Origin: Gaiellaceae bacterium
GTDB taxonomy: Bacteria > Actinomycetota > Thermoleophilia > Gaiellales > Gaiellaceae
Direction: 5' to 3'
Length of the DNA stretch: 64,000 nt
Assembly: GCA_050010215.1 (NCBI GenBank)
Contig: JBEKLL010000003.1
Location: forward strand, 19,888-83,887
Under the pieces are notes generated by a model that had not been told where the DNA came from, ran no database searches, and saw only the letters and a program-made list of their open reading frames with translations. This document shows positions 11,619 through 21,381 of this stretch, one piece after another. How positions within the stretch are numbered: the stretch's first letter is position 1; each line of letters starts with the position of its first letter. A program made the translations under genes and the position numbers.

Positions 11619-14000
11619 ATGAACCTCTGTATCCCCTGGCTCGTCTTTCCGCTCCTTCTCGCCTTGCTCACGATCGGCTGCGGACTGCTGGTCGAGACGG
11701 TCGCCGGGCGCCGTCTGCCCGCCCCGCTCGTGTTGCCGGTCGGCCTGGCGATGCTGATCGTCGCCGCCAGCTTCGCGACCGAGTGGGCGGCCAGCGCCCG
11801 GCTGGCCGTGCCGCTCGTGATCGTCCTGACCGTCGCCGGCTTCGGTCTGAGTGACCGCTGGCATAAGAGCTATAGACGAGGTCGCAGCGCCTGGGCGTTT
11901 CTGGTGGCGCTTGCCTCCTACGCCGTCTATAGCGCCCCGGTCGTGCTATCAGGACAGGCCAGTTTCGCCGGCTACATGAAGCTCGATGACACCGCGACCT
12001 ACCTGGCGCTGGTCGATCGGGCGATGGAGCACGGGCGTAGTCTGGCCGGGCTGGCACCCTCCACCTACGAGGCAACGCTCTCGATCAGCCTGGCCATCGG
12101 CTACCCGCTGGGATCGCTGCTGCCGCTCGGGATCGGGCACGAGCTGCTGCGCACCGACTCGGCCTGGCTCTGGCAGCCCCAGCTCTCGTTCCTCGCCGCC
12201 ATGCTCGCGCTCGCCCTCTATGTGCTGGCCGCGCCGCTCGTGCGCCCGCGGCCACTGCGCGCGCTCGTCGCCTTCGTTGCGGCGCAGCCCGCGATCCTAT
12301 TCGGCTACGCGCTCTGGGGAGGAGTCAAGGAGCTGACAGCCGCCGTGCTCCTACCCACGCTGGCCGTGCTCGTGGTGGCGATCCTGCGCCAGGGAGGAGG
12401 CTTGCGCGAGTTGCTGGCGCCGGCCGTCGTCTGCGCGGCTCTGCTCGACGCGCTCAGCCTGCCGGCCGCCGTCTGGCTCTTGCCCGTAGTTGGGCTTGCC
12501 GTCGCGATGGCGATCGTGCGCGTCGGCTGGCGCCGCGCCGCCGTCCGGACGACCGTGCTCGGAGCCGCCGCCGCGGCGCTCGCGATTCCGGCGATCGTCG
12601 CGGCCTTCGACTGGCTTGGTCACACGCAAGCCTTCACCTCGACGGGCGAGCTGGGCAATCTGCTCGGTCCGCTCAGCCGGCTGCAGGTCTTCGGGATCTG
12701 GCTGCACGGCGACTTCCGCACGCCTCCCGCTTCGCGCGGCCCGACCTACATCTTGATCGGGATCGCCGCCGCCGCCGCGCTGCTCGGGCTCGTGCTCGCC
12801 TGGCGCAAGCGGGCACTGAAGCTGCTCCTGTACGTGCTCGGAGCGCTGGTCGCCTGCGCCGTCTTCGTCGAGGCCGGCTCGCCCTGGATCGGCGCCAAGG
12901 GGCTGGCGACGGCCGCGCCGGCGCTGCTCCTCGTCGCGCTCGCCGGCTGCACGGCGCTCGGCGTGGCCGGCTGGCGGAGCGGAGGCTGGCACGTCGGCGC
13001 CTTCATCGTCCTGGCCGCGATCGGCGGTGGTGTCGTCTGGTCGAACGTGCTCGCCTACCGTGACGTCTGGCTGGCGCCGCGCGCGCGGCTGAGCGAGCTG
13101 GTGACGATCGGCGATCGCTTCGCCGGCCAGGGCCCGGCGCTGATGACCGAGTACGAGCCCTTCGGCGCGCGCCACTTCCTGCGCACACTCGACGCCGAGG
13201 CCGTATCGTCGTTGCGCTGGCACACCATCCCGCTGAGGAACGGAAAGACGGTTGCGCCCTGGCAATCCGCCGACCTCGACGCTCTCCGCCTGAGTGGCGT
13301 CCTCTACTACAGAACGCTCGTGCTGCGCCGCTCGCCGGTGGCCAGCCGGCCGCCCTCGGTTTACCGGCTTGTCTGGCAGGGGCGCTTCTACGAGGTCTGG
13401 CAGCGGCCGCTGCTACCGGCGAAGATCATCGAGCACCTCTCGCTCGGCGACGCGCTCTCGCCCGGCGCGGTTCCGAGCTGTGCGGACGTGCTGGCGCTGG
13501 CACGGCGCGTGCCGGCGGGTGGGACGCTTGCGACCGTCGTCCGCAGTAAGCCGAACGTCGTCTCTTTGGCCGACGTCGCCGGCTGGAGGCCTTTCCCTCC
13601 GATCCCGGGCTCCGCCTACCCGCTCGACTCGCGCACGCTGGAAGAGAGAGTCTCGGTTCCGGCCGCGGGACGCTACGGCGTCTGGCTCGGTAACAGCTTC
13701 GCGGGCAGCGTGAGCATCGTCGTGGACGGGCGAGCGCTCGGCTCCGAGCACGAGCAGCTGAGCTGGAGCGGGCAGTACCAACCCTTCGCCGAGGTCACGC
13801 TCGAGGCGGGCACGCACACGGTCACGCTCGCCTATCGCCGCGGCGGCCCGCGCCCGGGCGCCGACTCCGTGCCCGTCTATCCGCTGGGGCCGCTCGTGCT
13901 GGCCCGGGAAACGGCCGCGCGCCCGGTCGAGCTGGTCGCACCCGAGGATGCGCGCTCGCTCTGCGGGCGTACACTCGACTGGGTCGAGGCAGTTTCGTAG
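11619..14000 (+). CDS. large polytopic membrane protein, putative GT-C-type glycosyltransferase with C-terminal soluble beta-rich domain (module protein B1)
   Basis: About 480 aa of hydrophobic helices. Loop motif YMKLDDTATYLA after the first helices. About 300-aa C-terminal non-membrane domain. Paralog of 17298-19658. Confidence 0.7.
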   Translation: MNLCIPWLVFPLLLALLTIGCGLLVETVAGRRLPAPLVLPVGLAMLIVAASFATEWAASARLAVPLVIVLTVAGFGLSDRWHKSYRRGRSAWAFLVALASYAVYSAPVVLSGQASFAGYMKLDDTATYLALVDRAMEHGRSLAGLAPSTYEATLSISLAIGYPLGSLLPLGIGHELLRTDSAWLWQPQLSFLAAMLALALYVLAAPLVRPRPLRALVAFVAAQPAILFGYALWGGVKELTAAVLLPTLAVLVVAILRQGGGLRELLAPAVVCAALLDALSLPAAVWLLPVVGLAVAMAIVRVGWRRAAVRTTVLGAAAAALAIPAIVAAFDWLGHTQAFTSTGELGNLLGPLSRLQVFGIWLHGDFRTPPASRGPTYILIGIAAAAALLGLVLAWRKRALKLLLYVLGALVACAVFVEAGSPWIGAKGLATAAPALLLVALAGCTALGVAGWRSGGWHVGAFIVLAAIGGGVVWSNVLAYRDVWLAPRARLSELVTIGDRFAGQGPALMTEYEPFGARHFLRTLDAEAVSSLRWHTIPLRNGKTVAPWQSADLDALRLSGVLYYRTLVLRRSPVASRPPSVYRLVWQGRFYEVWQRPLLPAKIIEHLSLGDALSPGAVPSCADVLALARRVPAGGTLATVVRSKPNVVSLADVAGWRPFPPIPGSAYPLDSRTLEERVSVPAAGRYGVWLGNSFAGSVSIVVDGRALGSEHEQLSWSGQYQPFAEVTLEAGTHTVTLAYRRGGPRPGADSVPVYPLGPLVLARETAARPVELVAPEDARSLCGRTLDWVEAVS

Positions 14001-14212
14001 CTACCCGCGAAACGAAGCCGTCGCTCTTTCGTTGATTCGGCTGCCAAATCGATGAACCGGCTATGCACTACTACTCCGAGGGCGAATCGACGGCGATCTC
14101 GGAGTGCATGTCGTGAAGCTTCTTCCAGCCGATGATCCACCGTAGATCGAAGAGCCCCCAGCGCGCCTCCGCCCGATCGTCATACTGCGGGCGAAAACGA
14201 CAGGAGGTGATT

Positions 14213-15433
14213 GTGGGATCGGCCAAGCAACGCGGCCCCCGATCGAGCTCGTCGCGAGAACCTGCCTCGCGGATGCGCATTTGTATCGTCTACGACTGCC
14301 TCTACCCGTGGACGGTGGGCGGGGCAGAGCGTTGGTATCGCAACCTCGCCGATGAGTTCGTGCGCGCCGGTCACGAGGTCGTCTATGCAACACGCCGTCA
14401 GTGGCAGCCCGGCGAGGAGCCGCGTATTAAGGGGGTAGACGTCATAGCCGTCTCTCCTGGCGGCGAGCTATACCGGGCGATCGGCAGCCGCCGCATCTGG
14501 CCGGCGTTGCGCTTCGGCCTCGGCGTTTTCCTCCACCTTGCGCGCAGGCGCCGAGCATACGACGTCGTGCACGTGTGCGCGTCACCGATTTTCGGGGTCC
14601 TGGCGGCACGGATCGCGCTTGTCGGCGCTCCGACCGTGATCGGGGTCGACTGGCACGAGGTCTGGACGCGCGACTACTGGATCACCTATCTCGGTCGACT
14701 GCGCGGACGCGTCGGCTACGCCCTCCAGCGCCTGTGCGTCAGGGCGACGCCGCATGCCTTCGTGTTCTCGCAGCTCCACGCGCGACGCCTCGACGAGGAG
14801 AAGCTGCGGCGTCCCGCAATACGTCTTGCCGGGGAGTACACGGGCGGTTCCAAGCGAATCGTGACGCCTCAGACAGAACACACTGGACATACCGTCGTTT
14901 TCGCAGGGCGCCTCATCCCCGAGAAGCAGGCGCCAGCGGTCGTCCCGGCGGTTGCGGCTGCTCGCAGGCAAATACCCGAGATGCGCGGGCTCATCCTCGG
15001 CGACGGTCCGCAGCGCGGCGCGGTTCTCGCAGCAATCGAGCGCGAAGGTCTCGTGGGCGTCGTCGAAGCCACCGGCTTCGTCGAGCCCGAGGCGGTACAG
15101 CGTGCGCTTGCCGATGCCCTCTGCCTGTTGCAGCCGTCGACGCGTGAGGGCTACGGCCTGATCGTGATCGAGGCGGCTGCCCTGGGAACACCCTCGATCG
15201 TGGTTGCGGGGAGCGACAACGCGGCGGTTGAGCTCATCGATGATGGTGTTAACGGCTTTGTTGCGTCCTCCGCGGAAGCGCAGGTTCTCGCCGAGGCGAT
15301 CATCCGGGTAGAAAAGGGCGGGGCGAAGCTGCGGGTCAGTACGCTCGAGTGGTTCGAGCGCGAAGGCTCCCGGCTGACCGCGTCGGCCTCGGCCGCAGCC
15401 GTGCTCGAGTGCTACGCGCAGGCCCGCCTATAG
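14213..15433 (+). CDS. GT4-family glycosyltransferase
   Basis: C-terminal GT-B motif EGYGLIVIEAAALGTP (E-x7-E). GTG start 5 nt after AGGAGG; alternative ATG at 14273 (MRICIVYD). Confidence 0.8.
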   Translation: MGSAKQRGPRSSSSREPASRMRICIVYDCLYPWTVGGAERWYRNLADEFVRAGHEVVYATRRQWQPGEEPRIKGVDVIAVSPGGELYRAIGSRRIWPALRFGLGVFLHLARRRRAYDVVHVCASPIFGVLAARIALVGAPTVIGVDWHEVWTRDYWITYLGRLRGRVGYALQRLCVRATPHAFVFSQLHARRLDEEKLRRPAIRLAGEYTGGSKRIVTPQTEHTGHTVVFAGRLIPEKQAPAVVPAVAAARRQIPEMRGLILGDGPQRGAVLAAIEREGLVGVVEATGFVEPEAVQRALADALCLLQPSTREGYGLIVIEAAALGTPSIVVAGSDNAAVELIDDGVNGFVASSAEAQVLAEAIIRVEKGGAKLRVSTLEWFEREGSRLTASASAAAVLECYAQARL

Positions 15434-15533
15434 AGCCGTTCCCAGTTAGTCCTCGAGGGCCACGACTGAACCGATCGGGGCACGTGACGACCGGGCAACT
15501 TGGGTCGAACTCGACACCTATGATTCGGTTAAC

Positions 15534-16124
15534 GTGGTCGACGTCAACGATCGTGAGTACACCGAACGACTCATTCGCCTGCAGCGGGCGCGGTGGAAGA
15601 GACTGCTTCACGTCCAGGCTCCGTATCGATGGAATCTCAGGAGATTGCGGCTCGGGTTCACTCTCGACGTGGGTTGCGGTATCGGCCGGAACCTCGCGCA
15701 CCTCGATGGCAACGCCGTGGGACTCGATACGAATGTCTATTCGGTAACGGAGGCTCGGAATAGGGGATTCCGGGCCTACACGCCGGTGGAGTTCGCCGCT
15801 TCGGAGTGGAACCGCCACGGCGTCTTCGACGCGCTACTGCTGGCGCACGTGGCCGAGCACATGCGTCGCGACCAGGTCGTCGAGCTCCTAAGCCAGTACA
15901 TTCCCACAGTTCACTCGGGCGGGCGCGTTGTTCTCATCACTCCTCAGGAGGTGTGTTTCTCTCGCGATTCCACTCACGTTGAGTTCATGGATCTAGCCCG
16001 TCTCCGGGGTATCGCGGACGAGCTAGGTTTGCTTCGAGAGCGAGACTCTTCCTTCCCGCTACCGAGGTCATTCGGCCGGGTGTTTGTTTACAACGAGTTC
16101 GTCTCCGTAAGCCGCATGCCATAG
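15534..16124 (+). CDS. class I SAM-dependent methyltransferase
   Basis: Motif I LDVGCGIGRN and acidic post-I residue. About 196 aa. Confidence 0.75.
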   Translation: MVDVNDREYTERLIRLQRARWKRLLHVQAPYRWNLRRLRLGFTLDVGCGIGRNLAHLDGNAVGLDTNVYSVTEARNRGFRAYTPVEFAASEWNRHGVFDALLLAHVAEHMRRDQVVELLSQYIPTVHSGGRVVLITPQEVCFSRDSTHVEFMDLARLRGIADELGLLRERDSSFPLPRSFGRVFVYNEFVSVSRMP

Positions 16125-16219
16125 CTCGGTTTGACCTGTTGGAGACAATCAGCCCGGTAATCGCCAGCACACACGGGCCAAGCGGTAAATACAAACCCGA
16201 TTCCGAAATACTCTGCGAG

Positions 16220-17203
16220 CTAGTCGCTAAGCGGTGTCGGTGCCGTTTCTCGTACCCCGGAAGAGCCGCCGCGGAGCAGAACTAGTAAGCCGGGCAGGCT
16301 CGCTAGTGCTACGGCGAGCCCGTTTAGCAGCGAGAAGACTGTCGCCTCGGTGGCACTCACCCCGGCTTGACCGAGCAGAACGACGTACCCTCCCTCCCTG
16401 ATCCCGAGCCCGCCGATCGAGAAGGGAAGGAACGAGAGCACGAGGACGAGCGGAAGCGACGTGACGAGCGTCGAAGCGGGAACTGGAAGGTCGATCGAGC
16501 GACCGATTAACCAGGCAGCCAGAACACCGAGAGCCTGGAAGAGGATCCCGATCGAAAGTGTCTTGAGTAATACCTCGCTTTTGATCGATGACCTCAGGGC
16601 CGAGAGCGTCTCCCCGGCGAAGGAACGGAGCCGTTCGGGCAAGCGTCGCCGAATCGAATCCCGAAACCTGATAATGCCGAGCACCACGACCACGAACATC
16701 GCAAAGACGGAGCTGACGACGACCAGCGTTACGAGGAGCGAGCGCGGAATGTCCCCCGGATTAGCTGCCACGAATACCCATGTGACGACGATCAGACAGG
16801 CGAGCCCCGTAACGCGGTCGATCACGACGGTCGTGAAGGCTCGGATACGGGTTCCGCGCTTTCCAACGATGAGCGCGCGGGCAACGTCGCCGCCCACCTG
16901 GCTCGGGAGGAAGTTGCTCGTGAACGTGCCGACGAAGTAGGCGCGCAAGGCCTGTCGCCAGCCGCGATGATCGACATCACAGGCCTCGAGATACAGGTGC
17001 CAGCGGAACGAGGCAATCGCGGAGGTAGCGATGATAACGACGGTTGCGAGGGCGAACCACTCCCAGCGGCCGTCGGCCAGCCGGTGCACGCCGCGGCTGA
17101 AATCAACCTGGGTTGCGATCAGCGCAAGCAGTCCAACGCTGACAAGACCGCGCGCCCAGAACGAGCCGGCGAGCTTCCTGAGGAATCTCACAGAGCGCAG
17201 CAT
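16220..17203 (-). CDS. flippase-like / lysylphosphatidylglycerol-synthase-TM-region family (UPF0104) membrane protein
   Basis: Internal ATG (MLRSVRFLRK). 8 or more hydrophobic helices. Motif FLPSQVGGDVAR typical of the family. The upstream 129 codons of the ORF are Arg/Ala-rich and non-coding-like. Confidence 0.65.
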   Translation of the reverse strand: MLRSVRFLRKLAGSFWARGLVSVGLLALIATQVDFSRGVHRLADGRWEWFALATVVIIATSAIASFRWHLYLEACDVDHRGWRQALRAYFVGTFTSNFLPSQVGGDVARALIVGKRGTRIRAFTTVVIDRVTGLACLIVVTWVFVAANPGDIPRSLLVTLVVVSSVFAMFVVVVLGIIRFRDSIRRRLPERLRSFAGETLSALRSSIKSEVLLKTLSIGILFQALGVLAAWLIGRSIDLPVPASTLVTSLPLVLVLSFLPFSIGGLGIREGGYVVLLGQAGVSATEATVFSLLNGLAVALASLPGLLVLLRGGSSGVRETAPTPLSD

Positions 17204-17297
17204 AGTTGCCTCTATTGGCGCGCAGACTGTCCGGCCGGTTCTTTTTAGACGCGGAAGATCGCCCCCCGGTGCCGCTGTCAGAATACGGCGCACACCG

Positions 17298-19658
17298 ATG
17301 GCTCTACTCGCTGCCTGGATTCTCTTCCCCTTGGTGCTCGCTCTGCTTGCCTGCGGCTGCGGCTTGCTCGTCCAGAACGTAAGCGGCGATCGTCTACCGC
17401 CGGGCCTGCTTCTTCCATCCGGACTCGCGCTGATGATCGTCGCTGCCGACCTCACGACTGCCTCGGCGCGGACGGCGCCCATCACCATCCCGCTCGTTAT
17501 CGCGCTCGCCGTCGCGGGGTTTGGACTCGCTTTTCCTTGGCGCCCCGGGCGAGGTGATCTCTGGCTATCGGCTGCGGCGCTCGCGGTCATCGCGGTCTAC
17601 GCGGCGCCGGTCGTCTTATCCGGGCAGGCAACCTTCGCCGGCTACATCAAGCTCGACGACACCGCGACGTTTCTTGCCTTTACCGATCGCGTCATGCAGC
17701 ACGGGCGCAGTCTCGCCGGTCTCGCGCCGTCCAGCTACCAAGCAACCCTCGCGGCCAATATCCCCTCGGGCTATCCCCTTGGAGCCTTCTTTCCACTCGG
17801 CATCGGCGGTCACCTCGTCGGAGTCGATCTGGCTTGGCTCTATCAGCCTTGCATCGCCTTCTTTGCTGCCATGCTCGTTTTCCCGTTCGGCTCATTGCTG
17901 GCTCCGCTCGTTCGCTTACACCGGCTGCGGGCGCTCGCTGCGTTCATCGCCGCCCAGGCGGCGCTCCTCTACGGTTACGCACTCTGGGGCGGCGTAAAGG
18001 AGCTCGCCGCCGCCTTCCTGATCGCGAGCGCGGCCGCGCTCGCTCCGATCGCCCGCGAGGAGCTGGGCTCGATCCGGCGGCTGGTCCCGTTCGCGCTCGC
18101 CTGCGCCGCTCTGCTCGCGACGCTGAACGTCAGCGCCGGACTCTGGCTGCTGCCGCTCGGACTGCCGGCGATCGTCGTCGCGCTTCGCCATCGCGCCAAG
18201 CGCCTGCTGCTCACGATCGTCGCGGGGATCGGCCTGATTGCCGTCTTATCGCTGCCCACGCTCATCATCGCCCGCAGTTTCTTACGCAGCGTTCCCACCG
18301 GACCTCAGGAGCTCGGTAACCTGGTACGGCCGCTCAGCCTCCTGCAGCTCTTCGGTCTCTGGCCGTCCGGCGACTTTCGTTTTTGGCCGCACCAGCACGC
18401 GGCGACCGAGCTTCTCGTGGCCGCCGCTGCTGCCGCCGCCGCTCTGTCTTTGCTGGTTGCCTTGAGACGCAGGTGCTGGCGGTTGCCTTTACTCGTCTTC
18501 GCGGTCGTGGCCGTGGCGCTCCTGATCGAGCGCACGTCTTCGCCGTGGCTCGCCGGCAAGGTGTATGCGGACGCCTCGCCCGTGCTCGTGCTCGCGGCGC
18601 TTGCGCTTGTGGCGATGCTGATCGAGCGGGGCTTCCGGATCGAAGCTCTCCTGCTCGGAGCCTTGATCGTGGGCGGTGTTCTCTGGTCGAACGTGCTTGC
18701 CTATCACGACGTCTGGCTCGCTCCGCGAGCCCAGCTCCACGAGCTCGAGTGGATCGGGAATCGCTACGCCGGCCAGGGGCCGGCCCTGATGACGGAGTAC
18801 CAACCCTACGGCGTGCGTCATTTCCTGCGCAGGCTCGATGCGGAGGGCGCGTCGGAGCTACGCGCACGTCCTGTTCTGCTCAATAACGGGACGATGCTCG
18901 GGAAGGCCGAGTTCGCTGACCTCGACCGCTTTGCAATCAGCAGCCTGCTTGTCTATCGCACGATCGTGCTGCACACCTCGCCGGTGGAGAGCCGCCCGCC
19001 GGCGCCCTACTCGCTCGTTTGGCAGGGACGCTACTACGAGGTCTGGCAGCGGCCCGACCCGTCCGCACCGCAGGTGCTCGAGCACCTCGGGCTCGGCGAT
19101 GCGCTGCACGCCGCGGCGGTGCCGGCGTGCGCCGATATCCTGCGCCTGGGCACCGTTGCGGCGCGGGCGGGCGGGCGGCTCGTCGCGGTGCCGCGCGCGA
19201 ACGGCGTTTTGCTCCCGCTTGCCCGGACTGAGCACCCCGCGGGCTGGTCTTCCGACTCGACCGGTCAGATGGTTGTCCCGACGAGCGCCGGCGTACTCAC
19301 AGGAAGCATCGCCGTCCCGGTAAGCGGTCGTTACACGGTCTGGGTCGGAGGCTCGTTCGTCCGAACGGTCACGATCTCGATCGACGGGCGCCGCGTCGGC
19401 TCGCTCGGGAACATGTTGACCGAGACAAGCCAGTGGACCCCCTTCGGCTCGCTCCGTCTCGTTCCGGGCGGCCACACCGTGACCCTGCGCTACGGCGGAT
19501 CGGAGCTTGTGCCCGGAACCGGTGCGGGCCCGTTCGCGCTCGGCCCGCTCGCGCTCAGCCCGACGCAGCCCGGCGAGAACCTTGTCAGCGTCTCGCCCAC
19601 CGACGCGCGCTCGCTCTGCGATGAAAGTCTTGACTGGGTCGAGGCCGTTGGGCCGTAG
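17298..19658 (+). CDS. large polytopic membrane protein, putative GT-C-type glycosyltransferase (module protein B2)
   Basis: Start at MALLAAWILFPLVLALLACGCGLL, aligned to the B1 N-terminus. Shares YIKLDDTATFLA, WGGVKEL and GQGPALMTEY..LVWQGRYYEVWQRP with B1. Confidence 0.7.
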   Translation: MALLAAWILFPLVLALLACGCGLLVQNVSGDRLPPGLLLPSGLALMIVAADLTTASARTAPITIPLVIALAVAGFGLAFPWRPGRGDLWLSAAALAVIAVYAAPVVLSGQATFAGYIKLDDTATFLAFTDRVMQHGRSLAGLAPSSYQATLAANIPSGYPLGAFFPLGIGGHLVGVDLAWLYQPCIAFFAAMLVFPFGSLLAPLVRLHRLRALAAFIAAQAALLYGYALWGGVKELAAAFLIASAAALAPIAREELGSIRRLVPFALACAALLATLNVSAGLWLLPLGLPAIVVALRHRAKRLLLTIVAGIGLIAVLSLPTLIIARSFLRSVPTGPQELGNLVRPLSLLQLFGLWPSGDFRFWPHQHAATELLVAAAAAAAALSLLVALRRRCWRLPLLVFAVVAVALLIERTSSPWLAGKVYADASPVLVLAALALVAMLIERGFRIEALLLGALIVGGVLWSNVLAYHDVWLAPRAQLHELEWIGNRYAGQGPALMTEYQPYGVRHFLRRLDAEGASELRARPVLLNNGTMLGKAEFADLDRFAISSLLVYRTIVLHTSPVESRPPAPYSLVWQGRYYEVWQRPDPSAPQVLEHLGLGDALHAAAVPACADILRLGTVAARAGGRLVAVPRANGVLLPLARTEHPAGWSSDSTGQMVVPTSAGVLTGSIAVPVSGRYTVWVGGSFVRTVTISIDGRRVGSLGNMLTETSQWTPFGSLRLVPGGHTVTLRYGGSELVPGTGAGPFALGPLALSPTQPGENLVSVSPTDARSLCDESLDWVEAVGP

Positions 19659-19757
19659 CGCGCGTTTTGTCGGCGCTGGACAGCGTCAAAGAATTCTGAG
19701 AGGCTTCATGCCGGTGTTGAGTCCAGCAGCGATACGTTCAAGTCTCCTGCGGTCACG

Positions 19758-20741
19758 GTGAATTCCTTGCCGGGTCAGACAAGCCCAGGGAAGTACGCCC
19801 AGCTTCGGCCGGCGATTCGGCTCGTGGCTGTGCTTGGCCTGGCCGTGGTCGTCGGCGTCTTGGTCTGGCTCGTCGGGAACAACGGCAGTAAATCTTCGGC
19901 GCCGAGTCCCGGCACGACCAAGGTCGTCTCCCAAGAGGGGCTGGTGGCTCTGGTGAGCGCAGTGAACCAACCGGTCTTCTGGGTCGGCCCGGAGCAGGGC
20001 GCACGCTACACGTTCGAGCGGCGATCGAACGGGCAATCCTACGTTCGCTATCTCTCCAGCCAGATGAAGTCGGACACGACCGACACCCTGACGATCGGCA
20101 CCTACCAGATGCGTAACGCCTACTCGGTGACGCTCGCGCTGGGCAGGCGAAGCGGCTGGACACAGGTCGCTACCGGCGCCGGTGGAGTGAGCGCCTTCGT
20201 TTACGAGACCCATCCCAAAAGCGTCTACCTCGCCCTGCCCGGCCTCGACTATCAGATCGAGGTCTACGATCCGAAGCCGGGCGGCGCTGCCGCGCTCGTA
20301 CGCAGCGGTCGGGTGATCGAGGTGCAGCAGGGCGAGCGTCTCGGTCTCACCCTGGCTGAGCTCGAGACGACGGTCGCCGCCTCCGGCAAACCGGTCTACT
20401 GGATCGGCCCGAAGCCCGGAACGATCTACGAGTACACGCGTTCTCCGGCCGGAAACGTCTACATCCGCTACGTGCCCACGGGTGTGGCGGTCGGTACGGC
20501 CAGCTCGTACCTGACGATCGGGACGTATCCGATGAAAGATGCCTTTACGACCACCGAGCGGGCTGCCGCCGCGGCCGGCGCGGTTCGGCTGTCGCTGACC
20601 GGCGCTGTGGTTTTCTACAACACGGCCAAGCCTACGAGCGTCTACATCGCCTTCAAGAACGCCGACTACCAGATCGAGATCTACGACCCCGTACCGGAAC
20701 GAGCGCGCAACCTCGTCCCCGTCGTCAAGGCTCTTCGCTAA
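19758..20741 (+). CDS. membrane-anchored tandem-domain protein (module protein A2)
   Basis: Roughly 55-60% identical by eye to A1 over the whole ectodomain. Same internal duplication. Confidence 0.7.
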   Translation: MNSLPGQTSPGKYAQLRPAIRLVAVLGLAVVVGVLVWLVGNNGSKSSAPSPGTTKVVSQEGLVALVSAVNQPVFWVGPEQGARYTFERRSNGQSYVRYLSSQMKSDTTDTLTIGTYQMRNAYSVTLALGRRSGWTQVATGAGGVSAFVYETHPKSVYLALPGLDYQIEVYDPKPGGAAALVRSGRVIEVQQGERLGLTLAELETTVAASGKPVYWIGPKPGTIYEYTRSPAGNVYIRYVPTGVAVGTASSYLTIGTYPMKDAFTTTERAAAAAGAVRLSLTGAVVFYNTAKPTSVYIAFKNADYQIEIYDPVPERARNLVPVVKALR

Positions 20742-20867
20742 ACGGCGGGCGCTCGGCGCTACGACTCAGAGTTGTTTCCGCGGGTATAGGTTGGATGTCC
20801 CGTGCGAGGCCTCCAACCTCGAGTTGGGACTGCCCAGGCTTACGTGGCTAGCTGCCGGCGAAGTTGG

Positions 20868-21287
20868 CTACCCACGCCATCTGAGTTGCGGCCGGCCGCT
20901 TGGAACTACGCTTTTAAGGAGATTGTCGCCCGCGGCGAGTGTGGCCGAGTCGGTGCTGTCTGTGCAGGACGTGACGGCCTCCGAGATCGAACATGCTACG
21001 TCGGTATCCGCTCCATTCTTCAGAACCGTCAGAGTCCGAGCCTGAGTCCCGTCGCCGCTATCCGGAGCCGTAGTCACGTTGGCGCGGGCGGCTGATTACG
21101 CCGGTAGCCCGTCTATTCCGTTGCTTCCGGCCGCACCGGTCGGACCTTGAGTACCGACGCCGGTTGCTTCGGCCGCACCGGTCGGACTTGTGGCTCCGGT
21201 CTCACCGGTCGCACCTGTGGCGCCGGCTTCGTTTCGGCGCCGAGTCGACGTAACGAGGTGGGCGAAAAGACTCCGGCTTCGCTTCGC
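20868..21287 (-). pseudogene. decayed collagen-like gene fragment
   Basis: Minus-strand frame reads ..[86 protein letters not shown]. No start codon upstream, and an in-frame TAA at 21096-21098. Confidence 0.5.
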
Positions 21288-21381
21288 TTATGCTCACGTG
21301 ACGTCGTTTCCAGGCCGATACGTACTGGCGACGGGAACACGGCCAACAAGCTCGAGTCTGGTGCGTGGCAATGTGACGAGA

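Noticed and set aside
16220-17590. Full-length 456-aa version of the flippase-like ORF, and the 17031 start of B2
   Set aside because: The N-terminal extensions are Arg/Ala/Ser-rich, overlap each other divergently and are absent from the paralog alignment. Internal ATGs at 17203 and 17298 were chosen.
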